Sequence record: DRR723986_13540 | DNA length: 64,000 nt | Reading direction: 5' to 3' (one strand) | Shown: positions 31,001-39,761 of the stretch, in pieces | How positions within the stretch are numbered: the stretch's first letter is position 1 | Layout of the letters: every line of letters starts with the position of its first letter | The notes under the pieces: model-generated | Told to the model about the DNA's origin: nothing | The model's input: the letters and a program-made list of their open reading frames with translations, nothing else | Databases searched by the model: none | Program-made: the position numbers and the translations under genes

Positions 31001-31564
31001 TGACATCAAATCAATGTTATGGTTTGGAAATCCGTAAATCGCTTGATTTTCTTCATCTCTTAAAAAATTCAACACCTCATAGGTAAAGCAGCTTTTCGCA
31101 TATGAATTTACTGGGTTATTATCTTCAGGGATTTCGGATAAAGAACGCAGAATTGATTCGTGTCCAATGAAGTCATTTGATTGAATATTGTTCGTACTCA
31201 TCAGTTGGGCATAAGCTTTGGCATAAGCCATGATATCATTTGCAGGAACGCCCAACGTTGATGGATGCACTCCAGCAAGGTTTGCAACTAAAGAAAGGGT
31301 ATTATTAAAATAACCTTCTCCATCAGCAACTAGTCCCATAACTCCTTTTACTTCTGGAAGACCAATACAGCTGTGTTCAGGGTTCTGAATGTCTTTAAAA
31401 CGCGTTTGCGCAAAAGATACAGCTTCTAACAGACCATCTGGAATTTCAGGATATTGATTGTAAGCCGCATCAAACTCATTTTGATAAGCATTTAAATTTT
31501 GTGCTGTGGAATTAAAAGATATTCCTAAAAGGATTAAGATTGCTAAAAGCCCAGTGTTTTTCAT
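28061..31564 (-). CDS. T9SS-secreted N-acetylmuramoyl-L-alanine amidase (Amidase_2) with SLT-like, CUB, LamG-like, FN3 and PKD domains
   Basis: VHTIQG, HY, WHVG, IGIEHEG and HTDPG zinc-amidase motifs; YDYLYVYDG-type CUB motif (WDYLYVYDG); WDFADG PKD; VYPNP...GIYFL type-A CTD. Confidence 0.9.
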   Translation of the reverse strand: MKNTGLLAILILLGISFNSTAQNLNAYQNEFDAAYNQYPEIPDGLLEAVSFAQTRFKDIQNPEHSCIGLPEVKGVMGLVADGEGYFNNTLSLVANLAGVHPSTLGVPANDIMAYAKAYAQLMSTNNIQSNDFIGHESILRSLSEIPEDNNPVNSYAKSCFTYEVLNFLRDEENQAIYGFPNHNIDLMSIYGASNFEVLTSKKVEISQNTVDANGTVYVAQNKSAEYGPALWVATPSCNYSSRSGTPISAVTVHTIQGSYAGAISWAQNCSANVSYHYVARSTDGQITQMVYEADKGWHVGSANPYTIGIEHEGYVSDPAWYTVAMYIGSANLVKDITQSGYGINPLRTYYGPSSTGTNTLGSCTTIKGHQHYPSQSHTDPGINWDWEYYYQLINDNPAVTSLTATSGVTYDSGGAGGNYQDDERELYLIEPVGVTNVTINFDVFSIEANWDYLYVYDGNSTTDPVLGVYTGTAVPASLTSTGGAILLEFRSDCATQDIGWEISWTSTPGPGPADVIAPTTAVSAGTGWHTTNFTANFTDADNAGGSGVEHHFYQVIDFDGADWRANGSNGFYSDNFDVAIHPEWTSQTGVWGINASVLEQSDEANTNTNLHAAVNQDNFDKWLYHFQGKISGAGGNKRAGFHFMCDDATLPNRGNSYFIWLRSDDNKVQIYKTVNDVFTLEVDEPYTVNDNQWYDLKTVFDKTTGEIELYIDNVIVANWIDASPYTLGNAISFRSGDCVLQANNIKVYHNRGNSELITINSGNDIQQQNFDPFTHAAKIKSITIDSAQNISSIAEQLVNVDWSSPVSIPSINDGLGADINVTTSNTELSANWLPSSDQHSDIASYWYSIGTSPGLTDVVPWTDNWYQDTVTHSGLNLVEGTTYYFCVYAENGAGLFSDTICSDGQTVQAPTATPDANFIIQNSYICSFEAVQVSNSSLDAQTYSWSAPGGTPPTSTAVNPTFTYTATGYYDITLTATGPGGTDTEVQTIYVNIDTVPAAAYTPSASTVDISNAFVTFTNASQHANGYLWDFADGSISTDVSPWHQFNAVGSYDVMLVAVNGNCPNDTTSQIINVVDDLGLMAELTGAQVYPNPTDSELYIELDDSWSKDAIIQLMDSRGRIVYSQSGNSSGYYNINIIQENLTDGIYFLRVSDTEKVGTQKIIVKRG

Positions 31565-31701
31565 ACTTTAAGTAGTTCGTATTCAGGCGAAAAATAAGCA
31601 ATCTTTCTTTAATTTAATAATTATGCTTGCATAAATTATTCACCGTCTTAACTAAAAACGATTTAGATGACCAAGATTAAAAATTAAAGTATTTTTTTGG
31701 A

Positions 31702-33771
31702 TCAGTAGGCGCCGTTAAACTTTCTGAAGAACCATTCTACTGTTAAGACCAAAATAATTAGAAAGAATAAAAACTTGTAATCGATTAGGTCGTCAAAAGT
31801 TTTCTCTTGATACACAACCGTTACCAAATCATCTCTGTTTTGAATGTCGTTTTTAAGTTTCTCTAGTTCTGTTGGTAAATAAAACTCACCTCCTGAGTTT
31901 TGCGACATATTTCTTAACAACCTATGATTAGCCTCTATATTCAACTGTTCAACGTTAATTTGTTTCACTAAGAACGTTCCCGTTTTCTTGTAAGTCTTAT
32001 CTTGAAAAGTGGTATTTGCCTCCCAAGAGAAAACTCCCGCTTCTAAGCGCCCAAGGTCCAATTGGTATGCATTGCCCAATCTCACAAAATGAGGAGCGAA
32101 GGTTTTTTCATTTTCATTGGTATATTCAAAAATTACTTCGGGTTCGTTAATCAGCTCATACGATTTATTGTATAACTCTGCTTTAATCACCACTTTTTCA
32201 TTTTCGTTATAAGTTTTAGCTACATGAACTTTGAAAGGATCCTTATTGTCTTTTACTGCAAGAAAAGTGATGATTTTGCCAATAAATTCTTGATAATTAT
32301 CAGTCGTTGAATTTTTCATTTGATCATGTAGTCTCCATCTCCAAATCCCCTCCCCCATAATCACACCAAAACGTGCGTTATTCTTTTTATTAAAATAGAT
32401 CAATGGTTTATCCAAAGTAATATTCCCTACTTTTTGATAGGCCAGTACTTCATTAGCAGATGAAAATTTAAAATCGCCAAATGGACTTTGTAATGGTGGA
32501 GCTGATGAAAGCATATCAATCACCTTTGGAGACAACAGAATTTCTTTAAAGGCAGAATTATGTTTAAAACCAACTTCTTCTAGATCCGTTTTTCTTCCTG
32601 AAAACCCAACCTTTGCGTTTGATAGGGCAGTAACTTCCGAACGGTTTCCTACAATAAAGAGACAAGGGGTACTTCCGCTAGCAATCGCATCATTTACCGT
32701 ATTGTTAATTGATGAATAATTGTGAATAATAGCTAAATCATAAGGTTTCAGTGATGACACCTCATTGATTTGTTTAACTTCAACTTCATAGTTTTTATTA
32801 TTCTCAATTACAAACCTCAAAGCAGCTATATCGGGATGTGGGCCGTTATGGGCAATCAAGATTTTTTGTCTTCCATCAATAACTTCAATGTAAAAGTCGG
32901 TTTCATTGTTAGCCGTGGTATATTCGTTTTCTAGACTAGATACTTTGACTGTATATTTTTGAAAGCCTATCCCACTCGCTGTTAACTCAAAGGGTACTGT
33001 AATTTGTTGATCATCCTGGTCAAACTGAATTTGCTTTTCTTGAAGTAACTTGTCATTTTTATAAACCCCTACTTTTACAGATTCACCTTTAAACTGACTT
33101 TGATCAATGCCAACATTAACAGGGAATTGGTTGCCCACAAACACAATTTCATTGTGTTTGACGAATTCAATTTTTACATCTTTTACCTTACTTGTATCTC
33201 CTAAACCAACAGTAAATACAGGAATAAAACTTTTGCGTGCAATGGTATAAATTGGATTTGACCCAACGTTATAGATACCATCTGTAGCCATAACAATACC
33301 ACCCACATTTCTATTGGTGTATTGATCAAAAATTTGCTCAAATACTTGAGAAATATTGGTTGTTTTACCAAAATAGTCATGCTGGAGTCCTTCTTGAACC
33401 GCGTCAGAAAAAGAATAATTTATTACTTCAAATTTTTCAGCAAGCCCTTCAGACAGGTCCTGTAAACTCTCTTTAAACTCAGACTTATAAAACAAAGAAT
33501 CTTTGGTTGAAATAACTGATTCAGAATTATCATTGGCAATAAAAATTATAGGTTTCTCTTTTCTATCTACTAAATTTTCAAGGACAATACCTAAGAGTAA
33601 TAATAAAATGAGAAAAACAGATAAAAATCTGAACGCTGCCATCATTATTTTGATGTTGCGTTTCACCTCTTCCAGTAATTGATCTTTTCGATATAAGAAA
33701 AAGCTATATGCAAATGCAACTATTGCACAAAGTATAAGATAGCCTGGGTGGTATGTAAATAGAAACTCCAA
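31702..33771 (-). CDS. vWA-domain membrane protein (conserved hypothetical)
   Basis: DNSES MIDAS-like, TDGIYN, VFTVGLGD, WRWRL, C-terminal EWFFRK. Confidence 0.8.
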   Translation of the reverse strand: MEFLFTYHPGYLILCAIVAFAYSFFLYRKDQLLEEVKRNIKIMMAAFRFLSVFLILLLLLGIVLENLVDRKEKPIIFIANDNSESVISTKDSLFYKSEFKESLQDLSEGLAEKFEVINYSFSDAVQEGLQHDYFGKTTNISQVFEQIFDQYTNRNVGGIVMATDGIYNVGSNPIYTIARKSFIPVFTVGLGDTSKVKDVKIEFVKHNEIVFVGNQFPVNVGIDQSQFKGESVKVGVYKNDKLLQEKQIQFDQDDQQITVPFELTASGIGFQKYTVKVSSLENEYTTANNETDFYIEVIDGRQKILIAHNGPHPDIAALRFVIENNKNYEVEVKQINEVSSLKPYDLAIIHNYSSINNTVNDAIASGSTPCLFIVGNRSEVTALSNAKVGFSGRKTDLEEVGFKHNSAFKEILLSPKVIDMLSSAPPLQSPFGDFKFSSANEVLAYQKVGNITLDKPLIYFNKKNNARFGVIMGEGIWRWRLHDQMKNSTTDNYQEFIGKIITFLAVKDNKDPFKVHVAKTYNENEKVVIKAELYNKSYELINEPEVIFEYTNENEKTFAPHFVRLGNAYQLDLGRLEAGVFSWEANTTFQDKTYKKTGTFLVKQINVEQLNIEANHRLLRNMSQNSGGEFYLPTELEKLKNDIQNRDDLVTVVYQEKTFDDLIDYKFLFFLIILVLTVEWFFRKFNGAY

Positions 33772-33881
33772 TGATTTAAAATCAGCTAAAAATAAGAAAT
33801 ACTTTTCGCTTGACGAGAATATAAATGCTTAAGAAGTTCCAAATTTAAATTGCATTTGTATTTTTATGACAAATTCATTGA

Positions 33882-34841
33882 ATGAAGTTTTTCAAATTAC
33901 TTGGAATAGGATATAAAAATTACTGGAATGGTTTAAAATTTTTATTCCAACATAAACTTTATTGGTTTTTAATATTTCCAATTGTGTTGTTTCTTGGAAT
34001 CTATGAAATGGGTAAATACTTTGAGGCCCTGGAAGGCTCCATTGGTTATGATTTAAAGCATCACATTGCGGAAATTGATTCATTGAATGGGGTTACCTGG
34101 ATGACATTGAAAATGATTTTCTATCAGAAAATGTACTACCTATTTACAAAGTCTACCCTTTACTTTGTCATTATCCTACTTTCACCAGTTTTAGCAGTAG
34201 TTTCAGAAAAGACAGAAGCAATTCTCACAGGCAATAAATATCCTTGGAATTTCATGCAATTGGTCAAAGATATTAAAAGAGCTCTCCGTTTAAATATTCG
34301 ATTAATTTTAGTGGAATACACCATAATACTTTTAGTAATAGCACTTGGAATGTTCTTGGATGGAGCAGCTAATATCATTCTGGTATATATCATTCCTGTA
34401 ATTATTGGTTTTTATTTCTACGGATTTGGTTTTATTGATTATGTCAATGAAAGAAGACGATTGAACATTGCACAAAGCATTCATTTTGTTTCTAGACACA
34501 AAGGATTGGCATTTGCGATAGGATCAGTTTACTCTTTATGTTTTCTTTCATTTCATTTAAGCTTCCTGAAATTCTCAAATGTCCCAATAGATACTGGGAC
34601 TCAACTTTTTTGGGGAACCATTCTTGTGGTGACTTTTGTACTGGCTTCCATTTCAACCTTGGTTGCTGTGACTTCTGCGACTTTGAGTATGCATGAATTG
34701 GTAGATTTATCTAAAAATGAATATGCTAAAAAAGGAGAACCGAAAATTGAAAAAACAACCGAGGAATCTAAAAAAATAACAAAAACGGAGGATACTGGTA
34801 CACAAATTGATTCTGAACAAAATGATGAAACGTCAAATTAA
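33882..34841 (+). CDS. EI24/CysZ-like membrane protein
   Basis: LSPVLAVVSEKTE and GFGFIDY..ERR motifs. Confidence 0.8.
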   Translation: MKFFKLLGIGYKNYWNGLKFLFQHKLYWFLIFPIVLFLGIYEMGKYFEALEGSIGYDLKHHIAEIDSLNGVTWMTLKMIFYQKMYYLFTKSTLYFVIILLSPVLAVVSEKTEAILTGNKYPWNFMQLVKDIKRALRLNIRLILVEYTIILLVIALGMFLDGAANIILVYIIPVIIGFYFYGFGFIDYVNERRRLNIAQSIHFVSRHKGLAFAIGSVYSLCFLSFHLSFLKFSNVPIDTGTQLFWGTILVVTFVLASISTLVAVTSATLSMHELVDLSKNEYAKKGEPKIEKTTEESKKITKTEDTGTQIDSEQNDETSN

Positions 34842-34865
34842 TTATATTTGACTAATATTACTATT

Positions 34866-36239
34866 ATGAAAAAAGCGCTATTCTATACCATTTGCTTGAT
34901 GTTTTCAGCAAACTCATTCGGATTTAATCCACCAGATTCTACTTCAACAATTTTTGAAAAAGGAACAGCACAGTATCTTATTTCTGAGGGTAAAAGACTC
35001 TACAATGAAGGACAATACAGAGTTGCTTTGGTTAAATTCCGAGAGTCATTAGTTAAAGATAAAGGTAATGCAATTGGGACTTATTGGCTTGGTGAATGCC
35101 ACAAAGCTTTAGGTAATTATGAGAAAGCGCTTGAATATGCAACTCAAGCATTAACTAAGAACCCAGAAGTTGATAAGGAGTCAGGCGTTTTATTGGGTGC
35201 TTGTTATCATAGGTTAGGTGAATTGGATAAGGCGATTGAGAATTATGAATCAGTTAGAGGAGTGGTTAATGATATTAGGTTAAAAGAACTTAAAGTAGAC
35301 TTCTATATCGCTCAGTGTAAATTGGCAAAAGAGCTCATGGCTAAACCAGTTCCAGTTAAAATCACCAATTTAGGATTAAATATTAATTCGGCATTTGATG
35401 ATTATTCTCCAGTTTTCGCTCCAGATGGAAAAGCATTGTATTTTACATCAAGAAGAGCTGACAATAAAGGTGGGGGAGTAAATCCAGCTGACCAAAGATA
35501 CTTTGAAGATGTTTATGTCTCTTTTTGGAATGAAGAGACGAAATCGTGGGGAGAAGCTACCAACTCTGATGAAGTAATCAGAAGAATTAACACGAATGGT
35601 TTTGATGCCGTAAACCATATTTCTCCTGACGGAAAAGAAATGTATTTAACCATAAATACAACGGCAATGGAAAAACCAAAGCCGAAATCAAAAAGCTCAG
35701 ATTTGTTCATGTGCAAAATGAACAATAGAGGTGGGTGGAATTCTCCCAAAACTCTTTCTAAACCTGTAAATTCAATTGTTTTTGACGCTGCAGCAAGTCT
35801 TACAGCAGATGGTAATACTATGTATTTCATTTCAGAAAGAAAAGGTGGACAAGGTTTAGCAGACATCTGGACATCTGTAAAGGTTGGTAAAACATGGGGT
35901 AAACCAACTAATCTAGGGCCAATTGTAAATAGTAAAGGACAAGAAACCACTGTTTATGTAACACCGGATGAAAAGTACCTGTTTTTTAGCTCAACAGGCC
36001 ATGCTGGTATGGGAGGATATGATGTTTTTGTTTGCGAAAATAAAGATGGTAATTGGTCTGCACCAGTAAACCTAGGTTATCCAATTAATACGGTATCAGA
36101 TGAGACACACTTTACGTTTGATCAGAAAAAAATGATAGCTCACTATGCTACCTTCTCATCTTCAGACAATAAAGGCTTAGGGGCTAGAGACATCTTTATG
36201 ATCAACATGAAAGATTATAAGTTTGAATTTCCTGAATAG
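34866..36239 (+). CDS. Exported TPR plus PD40 (WD40-like) repeat protein
   Basis: TPRs, then repeats of NLG..INS, PDGK.LYFTS and GMGGYDVF; no OmpA domain. Confidence 0.88.
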   Translation: MKKALFYTICLMFSANSFGFNPPDSTSTIFEKGTAQYLISEGKRLYNEGQYRVALVKFRESLVKDKGNAIGTYWLGECHKALGNYEKALEYATQALTKNPEVDKESGVLLGACYHRLGELDKAIENYESVRGVVNDIRLKELKVDFYIAQCKLAKELMAKPVPVKITNLGLNINSAFDDYSPVFAPDGKALYFTSRRADNKGGGVNPADQRYFEDVYVSFWNEETKSWGEATNSDEVIRRINTNGFDAVNHISPDGKEMYLTINTTAMEKPKPKSKSSDLFMCKMNNRGGWNSPKTLSKPVNSIVFDAAASLTADGNTMYFISERKGGQGLADIWTSVKVGKTWGKPTNLGPIVNSKGQETTVYVTPDEKYLFFSSTGHAGMGGYDVFVCENKDGNWSAPVNLGYPINTVSDETHFTFDQKKMIAHYATFSSSDNKGLGARDIFMINMKDYKFEFPE

Positions 36240-36336
36240 CCGAATTTAGGATACACCTTTTCAACATTCGGTGTTAATAATATTGGTATTTTACTTGACC
36301 TTATGCCCTAATTTCTTTTATCTTTAGTAAACTAAA

Positions 36337-38505
36337 GTGAAAATTTTGTCTAAATACCTACTCACAGCTTGCCTATTTTTAGGAATAAGCCATCAAATTC
36401 AAGCGCAAACTGACACTCTTGCTAGTGTTTTTAGACCTCGCATTGGTCTGGGAGTTGGAACCATGACTTATTATGGTGAAATTCAGAATTACCAAAAGAA
36501 GTTCATTCCTACGGTCAACAGATACTATGGAACTGCTTTTGTGAATTTCCCTATGACAAATTATTTTAATGCTGAATTTTCTGCAGCATATGGAAAGATA
36601 TCTGCAAATGAAAGAACTCTAGAACGCAATTTAAATTTCGAATCACGAATTCGAATGGCGACTATTCAACTTTATTATAATTTTTACCCAATGTTGAAAC
36701 CGGGTAAATCATTATTCCATCCATTTGTTGGAGTTGGTTTAACTTCATTTGAGTTTTTATCAAAAACCGATATGTATGATGCCAATGGAAATCAATATCA
36801 CTATTGGTCTGATGGTTCTATCATGAACATGCCAGAAAATAGCCCATCTTCGGCATTCGCAACAGAATTAAAAAGAGATTATACTTACGAAACTGATTTA
36901 AGAGAACAAAACTTAGACAGCTTAGGCGATTACCGCGAACAAAGTTTCGCAATTCCATTAAGTGTTGGTATTGAGTGGCACCTTACTCCTAGATGGGATT
37001 TTAGATTCGCTTCTACGTTCTATATGACATTTACCGATCTTATTGATAATATCTCACCTGCAGGAGAAGGTCCGCAAAGACATGGAGACGGCAGAAAAGA
37101 TAAATTATGGACGACTTATATCTCATTAAGTTATGACTTGCAGTTCCCAAGAGAAAAAGAGTTTGATCCAAATGACGATAGCGACATTGAATTATATGCT
37201 GAATTCGACCAGAGCGACTGGGATAAAGACGGCGTAATTGATGCTTATGATGAATGTCCTTACACTCCCCTTGAAGCTTTGGTAGATGAAAGAGGATGTC
37301 CGATAGATGGTGATGGTGATGGTGTTCCTGATTACAAAGATGACGAACCAAACACTCCAGAAGGCAATTTTGTGGACGAATATGGTGTTACCATGACAGA
37401 AGAGGATATTGCCAAACATTGGAGAGAATTCAATGATTCAACTGGATACGACCATGACTTTATTGAGAATAAAATGGTGGTTGAATTTGGTCACAAAGGT
37501 GAACCTCAGCTCGTAGATCCTTATGCAGATAAGAAACCTGAAGGTAAAAATTATGTGATTATCATTGGAAAAGAAAAGAAGGATGTTAATGCGAATGAAT
37601 TGCATAAGTATTTAGGATATAATGATTTCAAATCTGAGACTAGAGGAGATACCGTTTACTATATTTTAGGTGAGTATGCGACTATTGAAGAAGCGGTTGC
37701 AGCTAAAAACGGAATTGAAAATATAGGCATTGATGTTGAGTTAATCGGCCGAGATGGGTCTGACCAAAGTACATTCATTCCGGTAGATGAAAAAGTAATT
37801 GAAAAAGTTGAATTGGCAAACATTGAAAACGGAACGGAAAGTCCTGAAATTGCTAATAATAATCAGCAGTTGTATAGAGTACAGATTGGCGCATTCAAGA
37901 AGAAGGTAGACACTGAGGAGCTATTTCCTGGTGTTGAAATTACTGAAGCAACAGGTGAAGATGGAATTACCCGATACTATACCGGAAAGTATGAAGATTA
38001 TGAAGAAGCGAACAATCATAGAAAGAAAATGATTGGCAAAGGTTATAAAACAGCGTTTGTTGTAGCTTATAAAGGACAAGCACGTGTAACTTTAAAAGAA
38101 GCTGGGATTGCAGAGGTTAACTTACCTGATAATTATAACGAAGAAAAAGAATTGGCGAATTTTGTTGAGCCAAGAGACACTTCAAATGCTGGGAATTCAG
38201 AAAATTCTAACATTGTTAATGGATACGACTTGACGAAAGTTAAATACAGAGTTTTATTAGCAGAAACCAATACAACTTTATCAAATGAAATCGTAGATAT
38301 TCTTTACAATATCGGAAACATTAAACCTGTGAAGAAATTTGATGGAACAACTCAATACCTATCTCCTCAATTTACTACAATCGAAGATGCTAATAACGCC
38401 ATCATAGAATATAAAACTTACGGACTTGATAATATCAAGCCAATGGTGGATTATGAAGGTGAATTCATGACAGTTGAGGAATTCAAAGCGAAGACCAATC
38501 AATAA
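36337..38505 (+). CDS. Outer membrane beta-barrel plus TSP3 calcium-binding repeats plus SPOR-like domains
   Basis: N-terminal barrel strands, DWDKDGVID..D.CP and DGDGDGVPD repeats, YRVQIGAF...YYTG...AFVVAY SPOR. Confidence 0.8.
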   Translation: MKILSKYLLTACLFLGISHQIQAQTDTLASVFRPRIGLGVGTMTYYGEIQNYQKKFIPTVNRYYGTAFVNFPMTNYFNAEFSAAYGKISANERTLERNLNFESRIRMATIQLYYNFYPMLKPGKSLFHPFVGVGLTSFEFLSKTDMYDANGNQYHYWSDGSIMNMPENSPSSAFATELKRDYTYETDLREQNLDSLGDYREQSFAIPLSVGIEWHLTPRWDFRFASTFYMTFTDLIDNISPAGEGPQRHGDGRKDKLWTTYISLSYDLQFPREKEFDPNDDSDIELYAEFDQSDWDKDGVIDAYDECPYTPLEALVDERGCPIDGDGDGVPDYKDDEPNTPEGNFVDEYGVTMTEEDIAKHWREFNDSTGYDHDFIENKMVVEFGHKGEPQLVDPYADKKPEGKNYVIIIGKEKKDVNANELHKYLGYNDFKSETRGDTVYYILGEYATIEEAVAAKNGIENIGIDVELIGRDGSDQSTFIPVDEKVIEKVELANIENGTESPEIANNNQQLYRVQIGAFKKKVDTEELFPGVEITEATGEDGITRYYTGKYEDYEEANNHRKKMIGKGYKTAFVVAYKGQARVTLKEAGIAEVNLPDNYNEEKELANFVEPRDTSNAGNSENSNIVNGYDLTKVKYRVLLAETNTTLSNEIVDILYNIGNIKPVKKFDGTTQYLSPQFTTIEDANNAIIEYKTYGLDNIKPMVDYEGEFMTVEEFKAKTNQ

Positions 38506-38514
38506 GCATTGCAA

Positions 38515-39734
38515 TTAAGGCATTCGCTTTAATGCTGCATAAGCGAATATAGTTCCAATCGTTAAGAATACTGCTGCCAACACGAAAGGCGCACCAGGAA
38601 AATAAATCCCTTCAGTTTTATCAGAATAATAGAAGAACAACGCGGTATAAATGAGAGGACCTATAACCGCTGTTAAACTGATCATACTTGTTAATGCGCC
38701 TTGCAAATTCCCCTGCTCTGTATCCGGCACAGTATTAGACATTAATCCTTGTAAGGTTGGTCCGGCAATACCACCTAAAACGTAAGGAATTAATACAATG
38801 TAGAGAATTACTTCATTCACAGCAAAAGCAAAACCAATCATCCCCAGTGACCACAGACAAAAACCTAACATAATCACCTTTTTCTGGCCAAATTTCTTGA
38901 CAACCCAACCAATTAATCCACCCTGAACAACTCCTACCAAAAACCCTACAACTCCTAAGCTAATTCCTACTAAAGCTTCATCCCAACCATAGGCCTCCAT
39001 GGTAAAAAAAGACCAAACTGAATGCATGACTTGTCCTGCTAAATGTACCAACACGAATGCAATAATAAATAAGCCCAAAGATTTATATTTACTTAAATGT
39101 ATCAATGAAACCCCAGGAATCGCTTTTTTATAATCGAATGCCCTTCTTTTTTCTTTAGGTAAAGATTCAGGCAATACTAACAAACCGAAAATCAAGTTCA
39201 TCAGTGCCATTGCCGCCGCAACTAAAAACGGAACTTGATATCCCCATTGAGCACAAAAACCACCGATCATTGGACCAAGAAAAAAGCCCAATCCGAAAGC
39301 TGCACCGATCATACCAAAGTTTTTGGCTTTATTTTCAGGTGTACTAATATCGGCAATATAAGCTGTGGCAACCGTATGGGAAGCTCCAAAAACACCTGCC
39401 AACATTCTTCCAACAAATAACCAAGCAATGGTAGGAGCAAAAGCATGAAAAACATAATCAAGTCCCAATCCACCTAATGAGAGAAACAAAATAGGTCTTC
39501 GTCCAAAACGATCACTTAGCTCACCCATAAGCGGCGCAAATAAGAACTGCATGATAGCAAAAGAGCTAATCAACAATCCACCCCACAAACCAGCTTCATT
39601 TAACTCAAGCCCCGTAAGACTTTTAATTAAAGTAGGAAATACGGGAATAATGATTGCTACCCCATAATATCCACCAAAATGGTAATGAATATGAAGATTA
39701 AAGAACCTGATTTTACTTTTTTCTGATCATTCAT
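38515..39734 (-). pseudogene. TetA-like TCR/Tet family MFS transporter, frameshifted after codon 25 (possibly a sequencing indel)
   Basis: GELSDRFGRRP motif A; N-terminal TM1 (LIFIFITILVDIMG) is in another frame and joins VAIIIPVFP across a C4 run at 39660-39663. Confidence 0.8.
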
Positions 39735-39761
39735 TTAGCTGGTAAAGATAGTTTAAAGTAA

